A stretch of DNA of 64,000 nt from Chrysomallon squamiferum. Taxonomy: Eukaryota > Animalia > Mollusca. This document shows, piece by piece, positions 14,349 through 23,749 of this stretch. The stretch spans positions 9,486,001-9,550,000 of the forward strand of contig CM022674.1 of NCBI GenBank assembly GCA_012295275.1. The letters are read 5' to 3'. Made by a program: the position numbers and the translations under genes. How positions within the stretch are numbered: position 1 is the stretch's first letter; each line of letters starts with the position of its first letter. The notes beneath the pieces are model-generated. The model was not told the DNA's origin and did no database searches. It saw nothing but the letters and a program-made list of their open reading frames with translations.

Positions 14349-16764
14349 TGTGTGTGTGTGTGTGTTATCAAAATGCAAACAACAACTAACTTTAATTGGA
14401 TTCCAAAATTCTCTGGACATGTATTATTATACAGATATATTTGTAAGATAAATAAGATAAATAACAGAACAATTAAATTTGAAGAAAAAAGTAATATCTG
14501 GACAAAATTATTTGTGTAAAATGTAAATATTTCAAATACATCTTAACTATTTTGGGATAGAACCTTACATAATGTTTATATGACAAACATTTACTTTTAC
14601 GAATGTGAAGAACATATTTATAGGATTTTTTTTTTAACAAATAATTTGGAAACTTCTGTATTTTAACACATAAATTAACTTTTATATTTTGTTATATTAA
14701 CATGTGTTATTGTACTATACACTACACTCAATATCCTGTGGTGAAATAAAAATAATAAAAATTTAATTAAAAAATTAATATTAATAAAGAAAGGATCATT
14801 GTAGATAGAGAAAAATAATAAAAAGTTTAATTTATTTTCAATACATTCACTTTATTCTTATTGGCTTTGCCAAGATAATACCTCTAAGTCAACCTGTTCT
14901 TGTAAAAATATATCCATTTTTGTGTAAGTAGTGTTTTCTTCAGTGCTTATAATCAAATTAAAGAAACAATGACAAGAATAATGACAAGAATAATGACATT
15001 TCATCATTTTGAATTTTTCAAGGAGAAACAGTTATAATGTTACTGCATGGATATCATCAATCAATACAACAACAACAAAAAAGAAAACAAAAAGGAAAAA
15101 GCATTTCTTCAAACGTAAATCTAATTACAGTGGTACCTTGACTTATGAGTGCCGCAACTTATGAGTTTTTTGAGTTATGAGTAGCCACCCGGTCAAGTTT
15201 TTGCTTTGAGCTGCAAGCCAAAATCTGAGTTATGAGCGAATTTCAGATATGCTGCCACAAGTTGGTGCAACAAAAAACATAAATCCAGCCAGCATCCCGT
15301 GTGTCACTCATTTACTTCACGTGGTTAACTTGCAGCGGAAGCATCTCTGTTGTGTTGTGCTCGCATTTTGTGCAGTATTTTGCCAAATTTCTTTTTGTCT
15401 GGCCATGGATCGTAAGAAAGTCAGTACAAAGGACAGCTGTGAGAAGAAGAAGCAGATGATGTCCACTGAATTGAAGCTTGAATTCATAGAACATGATCGA
15501 TATGTGCATACAGTCAACTGGGCTAGGCAGTATGAGCATAGTACTTCTACGATATGCACCATACAAAATTGATTTCATATATAAGCAAATTGAGTTATGA
15601 GTTCGGTCATTAAACTCTTAAGTCAAGGTACCACTGTATATAAATAAAAATGATAACATGTAAAAAAATCACATTACAAAAAAATAAAATAAAATTAGAA
15701 AAATAGGGTTGTTTTTGTGTGGCTGGTATATCAATTAATGGTATATCAATTGATTTCACTTACAAAAATTGATTTGATTTATGAACATATTGATATACGA
15801 GCTCAGTCACAGAACAAATTAAATTTGTAAGTCAAGGTACCATTGTATTGAGTATTTAAATTACTATAACAAAACAAAACAAAAAAAACAAAAAAAAAAG
15901 GAAAAAGAATTTAATCAAAGAAAATCTAGAGAAAATATTAAACTGAACATTATATTAGTTTTGAGAAAGATCAGTTTGTTTCATGTTTGTATTTTAGATA
16001 CATTTCTATACCCTCTACTGATTAAAATTGCTCACTCTTGACAGTCCAATTTCTGTTGTTATCTGTGGCAGCTGTTTCAACTGTGAAACCACATCACCAT
16101 GAGTAAAATGGACAACAAAATTCCAAAAATTCTGGAAAATAATACAAAATGCATTTGTTTTTCTGAAATGAATTAATTAAGTTAGGATAATGTATTAATA
16201 AATATTTCTGAAACACCAGTTTGATGCATAATTCTTTTAAATTTCTTTTATACAATCTATAAAAGAAATTTAAAAGAATTATGCATCAAACTGGTGTTTC
16301 AGAAATATTTATTAATACATTATCCTAACTTAATTAATTCATTTCAGTAAAACAATCCTTTAGGGTCTTGATACATAATTTAAACTAGTTATGCTCAGGA
16401 CTGATTAAATAAATGTATGACTTAAGTTTGTCTCTGCAAATCAATAGCATAAATGTAGTGAAATGTTTTTTCATATACTAACCAATGAAACCAATGAAAC
16501 AATTACCTGAATTTATGACAAACCGGACATTAAAACAATATGCTTATATACTGACAAAACATATTATTTAAAAACCACTGCTTAGTAATTTGAATAAACA
16601 CGAACCTGGTCATAAAAATACATCTAGCACATTATTAATAACAAATATTAAATACAAATTCTATTTATAACTATATTACCAAAGTGAATTCTCCCTGTGA
16701 CTGTGCAGCAAAGTTCATATAAGTTGTAAACTGAAATACCAATGAAGAAATAAAAAGATAAATT

Positions 16765-16808
<44 letters not shown>

Positions 16809-18176
16809 TAGATATATTTTCTATGATCTTGCTTAGTAATCATTATGGGTGAAACAAATTATAAATGCTAAAAACTTAAATAAAAAACCATTCGAAGCAA
16901 AACAAAGAAACTAATTTAACATTAACTTAATCACTGATGGTTTATACATTATTAGTAATTAACCGATTAGGAATTTTTTACTTTATGATTTTGAAACATC
17001 TGACTTTCATAGATGTAAACAGCATTTTCTTTTAACACTGAGCATGAAACATGCTTATATTAATGAAAAATCCAAACTTGGCTCAAAACATATTTTTGGT
17101 AAATAATATCCTTACATTTTCATTTTATATATTGATATCATCAAGAGGTTGGTAAGAAATCTTATGAAATTTAACTATGTGACATACATTTCTGTGTTCT
17201 CTCAGAATGAATATAATATCTTTTATTTAATTAATTTAATGAACTTGAAGCATGATATGTAACACTGAATAAATCAGTTATTCTCTTATAGCCATGCATA
17301 TTAATAATGTTGATGCTAAAACAGATCGAGGTTTCTTTCATTTAATTTGAATAATGAGTTTTATGAAATCAATATATAAATCAATTCTACCTTATGTTTT
17401 AGTGAATCTTTTAAACCATGTAGAAAAACAGCTTCCAAAATATTGCACAGATTATTCCCTTCACTGTCACTGTACAACAAAATTATTGTAATGTATTCAC
17501 ATCAAGGTTATAGCATTTGTAAGTGAAATTCAAAGACAACATTTATATATTTTTATACAGATTTATTCAAACACAGGTGTCAGTTTGTTAATTTCAGAAT
17601 ATATGTGTGTGATATATTTCATAATATGTGAATGGAAATTATATACTCAAACCCCACCTACTGAAAAATGCTATAAAATTTAGTTTCAACCAAATATATG
17701 ATATTTTATTAATAACAGTTATTTACAATTTATATCAAATCCTGTAAACAAATAAAGCCTTCTTGGAAGCTACTGTATAAAATATTAACAAAACAATAAT
17801 ATATAATAGACTAAGATTTTCTAACAAATGAATTTTAATTTAGCAGTAGTTTTAAATACCTTCTAACAGCTTCATCTGAGCAGAGCTGCTTCTGCTGAAG
17901 AATTTTAAGTCCTCTGGAGAATTCTGCTGTGATTTGTTTCTTTATTTCATTTTCATGTCTGTTTGTTTTAACTGATGGGTCTAGAAGGAGAAAATAAATC
18001 CTTCATATACCACACACACACACACACACACACGTTTCCTTCAGTATTATAGGAAATATGCAGAATACAAACTATTTGTCTGAAAGAGGTATTCAACACA
18101 AGATCACTTATAAAATAGTAACTGAAAAAGTTCTTATGTCTTTTCAGCATGAGATATGTAAAATTTTATTGTTTTA

Positions 18177-18209
<33 letters not shown>

Positions 18210-19975
18210 GTGAATTCATACAAATTTTAAACACACAGGCAATGATATAATTATATAATGGAGAATGTGATACTGTATATTGCAGATGAATACACTTAAA
18301 ATGTAAATGTTATTAATTAACTTTTTGTATGTGATATGTAGATAAACTGATAGATAGTAACATTCAGTATGACTAACTTAATGAAGTATGTCTATATTCT
18401 AATATATAAAAATATAAAAAATGGGAACATATTCAAATCTAAGTTTCAGTTCTTGTACCCACTACATTTCCTGATATAAATCTACTGCAGAGCATATACT
18501 GATAGTGTCACACTATGGTATAATAACAAACTTACTAGAAGTAATTGTTAAAATTATGATAAAGTTGTTATTAGTTTACCCTTATTTATGCATAAAAGTT
18601 TGTCTGAATGACAACTTAAGAAAAATATGCAAACAGTCTTTACTTTTAGTTTAGTTTTGAAAAACTAACCAGCATACGCAAGAAAAATGTTAATCCTAAG
18701 TTTGTTAGACACAAACTTCTGTGTCCCCTCATACATCTACTCATGAACTGAAGCCACTTCATGTTACAGGTGAACTTTTCTCTAATGAAGTAAAATACCA
18801 TAAACTTACATCATTATGCATTATGATTAGTATGGAAATAAATAGAAGACCAGCAACTGCTGAAAATGTAAACTATGTCATCGGTATATGTGTAGATTTT
18901 CAACCTTACCACTGCTGGCTGCTTTGCAATCAACCTAGAAACCAATACATGACACAAACCTATGGGGCTGATTCCCACATACCTACCTTAACCTGAAGAA
19001 AATTACAACTGGTTAAAAGAAAATCCCCACAAAATTAACATTTTATATTTATTAATTCATTACTTTCAAATGTATTTCATGATCTGGACCTTTTCATTCT
19101 GATTAATTTGGTATAAAATAATATTATTTCTAGAAGAATTTATGAATTTTCAAAGATTTAGATTTCTATCTCATGAATAAAGTCCAAATTAATGATATTA
19201 CCAACTTTGGCTTCACATATCAATTCAAATCTATTTTTCTGAGGTATAAAAAGAAAATACAGAATGCACATTCTTAACAGATAGAATGAAAATATAACAA
19301 AATAAGCTTTCTAAAAGACAACCTTGCTTCAATATTGACCCTTAAAAATTGAGTTCTGTTGAAAATAGTAATTCTGCAGTGCAAGGATGCCCGAGTCGGG
19401 ATATTAAATCTTCTCCACAAATGATGCAGCCATAGTAACTGATGATGCCTGAGTTTTTATGGATTTAGTAACGATTGGCAGAATTATAATATTACAGTTC
19501 TACATATTTTGATTATGATGACAATTCATAGCAAGTAAGATTTTTATGATTTTTTTTTGATTTTTTTTTTATATCTTTACATGATATATAATTGTAAAAG
19601 AAAATGATGTTTTTGAAAAATTATGACTGTTATATATACTTTGTAACTGCACAAACGGCATAAAAATAAAAATAAAATAAAATTTGGAAATTTTTAAGTG
19701 ATGTTAAAACTTCATTATGTTAAAACTTCGAATTTTCGTAATTCTGAAATAATTATAAACAGATCTTCAGTTATCAGTTTGGAGTCAACCTGCTAGTGCT
19801 AGAGTTACCTTAACCTCGTATTTGAATTATTTGAAGTATTTCCCGAACAGAACTTCAGAAGAGTAGTTTGGAGTACCTACTGGCTACTTAAGACAAATCT
19901 ATTCTCTTTCTTAATGACTGGTTTTAACCGTTTATTTGTAATTGAAAACTAACCTTTTCTTCCAAAAATATTCAT
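1347..19975 (-). CDS. PLEKHM1: PLEKHM1-like Rab7/Arl8 effector (RUN domain, Ser-rich linker, Rubicon-homology/DUF4206 domain); 13 coding exons visible, C-terminus lies beyond the window start
   Basis: Phase-consistent GT-AG exons: 19954-19975, 17860-17980, 17391-17469, 16680-16730, 16036-16131, 9719-9798, 8906-8976, 8547-8672, 7157-7969, 6469-6608, 5080-5157, 1816-1918, 1347-1469. Translation gives RUN motifs (LCNILEAVFLHGLK, NFWNFV, EIGLSRAWVRVALNDGLMESY, YYSSTAYLRD, FLAGLSSLQFKLSLNSSMLNTWTCTPLILCG) and RH motifs (EKGLDSQNYQCFSCSRPIG, CSFNGRYYCFECHEN..IPAAILHNWDF), matching human PLEKHM1 as I recall it. Confidence 0.9.
1816..1918 (-). CDS. PLEKHM1: PLEKHM1-like exon 12 (start of RH domain)
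   Basis: NNSIYLKQLGELAVEKGLDSQNYQCFSCSRPIGL; phase 0 to phase 1, canonical splice sites. Confidence 0.9.
2333..2820. mobile_element. Non-autonomous DNA transposon (MITE), 23-bp TIRs, 4-bp TSD; Sola-like
   Basis: Left gggtcattctgtgtcaaatcacc, right ggtgatttgacatggaatgaccc (2 mismatches), flanked by aata on both sides. The Sola assignment rests only on the G-rich termini and 4-bp TSD. Confidence 0.8.
3901..4887 (+). mobile_element. Internally deleted pogo-like (Tc1/mariner superfamily) DNA transposon
   Basis: TIRs ggggaaactgggactgatga / tcatctgttcccagtttcccc; TA on the left flank; decayed MPRK..KTE..ELMK-like transposase N-terminus from about 4188. Confidence 0.65.
7157..7969 (-). CDS. PLEKHM1: PLEKHM1-like exon 9, large Ser/Glu-rich low-complexity linker
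   Basis: 813-nt phase 1/1 exon overlapping ORF 6948..7931; ctcacag acceptor and G|gtaaaa donor. Confidence 0.8.
11140..14220 (+). mobile_element. Decayed L1/Tx1-clade non-LTR retrotransposon ORF2 (APE endonuclease and RT), interrupted by a MULE remnant
   Basis: Frameshifted motifs in the expected order: INIY..NDKPVFY (~12225), NNPKVR..NLVDIW (~12375-12440), DQNGFI..IGNNIR (~12990), GFEKAFDTIS (~13090), GRGCRQ (~13250), FANN replacing FADD (~13380), DYQNGGL (~13822). Boundaries are approximate. Confidence 0.8.
11470..12188 (-). mobile_element. Mutator-like (MULE) remnant with FLYWCH zinc-finger fragment
   Basis: ORF 11716..11922 contains VIHSNEDGNKICYEGFMYIKHATRKTKLWWKCVKR (FLYWCH pattern). 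Inverted arrays of aaaaagtcacag / ctgtgacttttt subrepeats lie at 11510-11575 and 12125-12188. Confidence 0.7.
14230..14365. repeat. Compound (TG)n/(AG)n microsatellite
   Basis: Visible dinucleotide runs. Confidence 0.9.
15128..15636 (+). mobile_element. Tigger/pogo internally deleted element with CENP-B-type HTH fragment
   Basis: TA-cagtggtaccttgactta ... taagtcaaggtaccactg-TA (18-bp perfect TIR, TA TSD); encodes MDRKKVSTKDSCEKKKQMMSTELKLEFIE..ARQYEHSTSTICTI, a typical Tigger transposase N-terminus. Confidence 0.9.
15700..15845 (+). mobile_element. Second Tigger-like right end
   Basis: Ends in taagtcaaggtaccattg-TA, the same TIR as at 15619-15636 with one mismatch. Confidence 0.7.
16163..16347. 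repeat. Perfect inverted repeat, 90-bp arms with 5-nt loop
   Basis: 16163-16252 is the exact reverse complement of 16258-16347; loop caatc; extends to 16155-16355 with one mismatch. Confidence 0.95.
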
Positions 19976-20569
19976 CTCTGACAACATATAACGTTTCGAA
20001 TAAACACAACGTTAAACACTTCGCAGATCATGAAATCATGCGCAAACATTTATATAGTTGTTGTACGTAACAGTTGTCTGTTTGGAATATAGCTCCAACT
20101 GCAATTATTCTTGTTTAGATTGTCGGATCGTGAATAACTACAGTTATGACTTCCCTTTTTAATATTTAACTTCTACTGATAGAACTGAAGTTGATCAGCA
20201 AGCACAGTTTAGGAAACAAATGACCTAAATTTATTAAATTTTATTTTTATTAAAATGGAACATACACATGGCTTATATATATATCACTCGAGTCACTGCA
20301 TCTACTTTGATTTGTTAGTTTACGAATACAAAAACGGTATTAATAATATCCGAAGTGGTTCTGATATGATGGTGATAGCAGATCAATAAAATATGAACTT
20401 CTTTCATCATGTATCAAACAACCTTATTGTAAACACAGTTAATCGGGAAAAAAAAAAATAATAACTTGTTTTGCTTCGTATTTGCTTTCAAAACTGCATT
20501 TTGTTGATGCTCTAAAATAAATGTAATACTTTTAATAAAGAAGTCATTTTTCAAATACGCATCATCATT
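19976..20569. promoter_or_regulatory. Probable bidirectional promoter of PLEKHM1-like and RDH14-like genes
   Basis: Divergent start codons at 19975 (-) and 20570 (+); CpG dinucleotides are locally retained relative to the flanking gene body. Confidence 0.6.
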
Positions 20570-21520
20570 ATGGGTTCCTGGTTTTGGTTAGTTGGTGCTG
20601 CCTCAGCAGTCACTTTTCTAGTGGTTCGGAGAATTGTCACCACAAAATATATATGCCTAAGCAAAGCAATGATGACAGGAAAAACAGTAATAATTACTGG
20701 GGCAAACTGTGGAATTGGAAAGGCAACAGCACGTGAATTGGCCAAACGAAACGCTCGAGTAATTTTGGCTTGCAAAGACGACAGAAAGGGAAAAGAGGCT
20801 GCAGAAGACATCCGAAGAAGTACAAGAAGCGGGGAACTGGTTGTGAAATGTCTGGATTTAGCATCACTGCATTCTGTCAAAGCTTTCTGTGAAGACTTCA
20901 AACGTGAAGAAACTCGTTTGGATGTTCTCGTAAATAATGCCGGAATTTTTCAGTGTCCATACCAAAAAACAGAGGATGGATTTGAAATGCAAATGGGAGT
21001 GAACCATTTCGGACATTTTTTACTAACTAATTTATTATTAGACATGTTGAAATCGTCTGGTGGCAGAGTTGTCGTTGTGGCATCATCTCTGCTGAAATTT
21101 GGATCAATTAATTTCAGTGATCTGAACTGTGAAAAACACTATGACAAGAAGAAGGCTTACTCAAACAGCAAACTAGCCAATGCTCTATTCTGCAGACATT
21201 TAAGTAGACACCTGCAGGATACTTCAGTAAGTGTCTACTGTGTGCATCCTGGCATTGTTTTGACGAATCTTGGTAGATATACATTACCAGTGGGTGTAAG
21301 ATTTCTTTTGACACCTGTGGCCTGGTTGGTTGGAGTTAAAACACCTACAGAAGGGTGTCAAACTGTTGTATATTGCAGCATAGCTGAAGAATTAAGAAAT
21401 AGCAGTGGTAAATACTATGGAAACTGTAAAGAGGAACCATGGCCAGAGGTTGCATGTGATGATGTAGCAGCTAGCAAGTTGTGGCAAATAAGTGAACAAC
21501 TAACAAACAAGTTCATGTAG
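20570..21520 (+). CDS. RDH14: Retinol dehydrogenase 14-like short-chain dehydrogenase/reductase (RDH11-14 family), intronless CDS, 316 aa
   Basis: N-terminal membrane anchor, TGANCGIG Rossmann motif, NNAG, EDGFEMQMGVNHFGHFLLTNLLL, catalytic YSNSK, VHPG, KTPTEGCQT. Confidence 0.88.
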   Translation: MGSWFWLVGAASAVTFLVVRRIVTTKYICLSKAMMTGKTVIITGANCGIGKATARELAKRNARVILACKDDRKGKEAAEDIRRSTRSGELVVKCLDLASLHSVKAFCEDFKREETRLDVLVNNAGIFQCPYQKTEDGFEMQMGVNHFGHFLLTNLLLDMLKSSGGRVVVVASSLLKFGSINFSDLNCEKHYDKKKAYSNSKLANALFCRHLSRHLQDTSVSVYCVHPGIVLTNLGRYTLPVGVRFLLTPVAWLVGVKTPTEGCQTVVYCSIAEELRNSSGKYYGNCKEEPWPEVACDDVAASKLWQISEQLTNKFM

Positions 21521-22117
21521 TTCTTTAAAATATTATGTTAAAACTTTTATGCATAACCTAATTTCAATAACAGTAACGCTGTCAGCTATGGTGATCTTAA
21601 AATAGCACGATTATTTGTGTTTGTTTATTCAGTAGTGTATACCTTTTAAATTTGATTTTTCTGTGGTTGTGGCAATATTTTGGAAATAAATTGAAACTGG
21701 AAAAAAAAAAAAATTAAATTTAAAAATAAAATTAAAATTGTTGTTTTTGAAACTTTGTTAAAAAGTAGTACATGCATAATAAATAACAAAATATCAAGTA
21801 ACTAAGTACAAATGTCCTTATTCAGTCTGTTCTTTTGTTTGAAATATGCTTCAAAAAGTCCATTCCCACATTCAGAGAGATTCTCAAGAACATCTTTTCT
21901 AAATATATTCAAGGAAAATCCACCTCCATTTATAGTCCATTTATATAACTTTTATAAGGTCTGTTACAGTATAATTCATTACTTTCAGGGTTTTTTTGTT
22001 CATATGTTCTTAATGTAATCTTGTAAATTTCCTTGAGCCCACTCTGAGAACAAAGGGCACACAACTGGCTATCTTTATTTGTATTTACCTTTACTGGCAG
22101 TAAGATTGTACCTCCAC

Positions 22118-23002
22118 CAGGGCCTAGGCAAAGTTAGATCCTGGCGCCCTCAGCAAAATGTCAATTTCAAAATTTAAAACAAACAAACAATTCAACATTT
22201 GAGCACAGACAAAATGTTTTTACCCCAATGTGCTCAAATGTCCGGACACTCCCCAAAAAACACTACTTGATACTATTTTATTTGCAAAACTAAGACATGA
22301 ATAAACAAACATAATGATAGGCACTAGTGATGAACTAACAGCATAATGGACAGTTGAACAGACACTCAATACTAATATACCTGAAACTAAATTTGGCTGA
22401 GGGATAAATGCAGACATTTAAACAGGGAGGGGGGTTTCTCTTTTTTTTCTTTGTTTATACCATTAAACAAAGAAAAGAAGAGTTAACGCCTTCAGTTTCG
22501 TTTGCGACAAACTGAACATTTCGTATACGCGTGATTATACGGGAAAATGCGTGGCCTGTAAAAACACGCGAACATAATTACGTCAGTCTGTTCTTTGGTT
22601 TGAAATATGCTTCAAAAAGTCTTCGACTAGTTACGATCAGATATGCTGGACACTCCCTATCCTTACCCAAAACTCTTTTCTGCGACGGACAGCCCGCTGA
22701 TCTGTCAGAAAGCGTGCCCGTCACAGACGTGCTTCACAACAGCTTGTTCTGATTAGCAGGTTAATTTTTTTCATTTCAGTTCAGTTATGTCAGTTTCAGT
22801 TTCAGTTTCAATTACGTCCTGATACTTTCGCGTACGCGCTATTTTCACTCATTCATTTTGCTTGTTCCTGTCAGACTGAATCTTCCCGATTAGTTGTCCC
22901 TGTATGAAATAAGCCAGGATAAAAATGACCCTCAGTAAAACTAAAATATATGTATTTACTTTTCAAAATTTTGATTTGGAGAAATGCGCCCCCTGAAATC
23001 AT

Positions 23003-23034
<32 letters not shown>

Positions 23035-23049
23035 TCAGCGCGGGCCCTG
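22118..23049. mobile_element. Non-autonomous hAT element with 8-bp TSD
   Basis: acctccac-CAGGGCC ... GGCCCTG-acctccac: perfect 8-bp direct flanks and CAG-type termini; GC-rich subterminal gcgccc/cctag motifs. Confidence 0.85.
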
Positions 23050-23255
23050 ACCTCCACATATATGCAAATCTACTTTGCAAAAGTATGAAAAATATTGACT
23101 GCATATTTGCAACATATACTGCGACGTATTATGACAATGTTGCTTCAGAATGAGCCCTTAATTATTGAGATTTTATCAAAATGGCAATTGTGCGCAAACG
23201 GCTCAAAAACTTAAATAAAAAATTCATATCTCAGAAACTGTTTGATTGACAAGTT

Positions 23256-23288
<33 letters not shown>

Positions 23289-23446
23289 CATCATTAGAAT
23301 CAGGAAAAAAACAAAACAATTAAATATGAGTCAACCTTTTATTTCCCAATCACTTTCGGATACCTAATATTATGTGAATAAAGAATGAATTTATTCATTC
23401 AGTTCTAGGCGGATTGACTATTTCATTTTTATTTTTATTTATTTTG

Positions 23447-23484
<38 letters not shown>

Positions 23485-23619
23485 TAATTCTTACTTATGT
23501 TTATGAAATCAGTTTTGTATTAATTATTCACTGAATGATCTTCCTATTCTCTGTAGGTTCAGGTTAACTAGTTCATGAAATAGACTAGACTACTGCTCAC
23601 ATGATAATGATTGCTGAAG

Positions 23620-23749
23620 TAGTGCCCGGATGATGATGTCAGACTATTTGGTCGCCATATTTGTTTCCGTATTCAGCTGCTGCCGGGTGTTTTGGCGATA
23701 GACCGAAATATTTTAAAGTTTGATCGAACTCTTCCGCTGCTTACAAGAT
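23620..23749 (+). promoter_or_regulatory. VAMP promoter and first exon region
   Basis: CpG-rich; YY1-like CGCCATATT at 23653; ETS-like cttccg at 23731; ends in caagAT|gtaagt. Confidence 0.6.

Noticed and set aside
19370-19460. tgatg/ctga motifs suggesting a C/D snoRNA
   Set aside because: The boxes are imperfect, there is no terminal stem, and they lie antisense to the host intron.
20551-20901. Antisense ORFs over RDH14, B3GALT6 (45074..45331) and GIMAP (50650..50949)
   Set aside because: Shadow ORFs of real coding sequence on the opposite strand.
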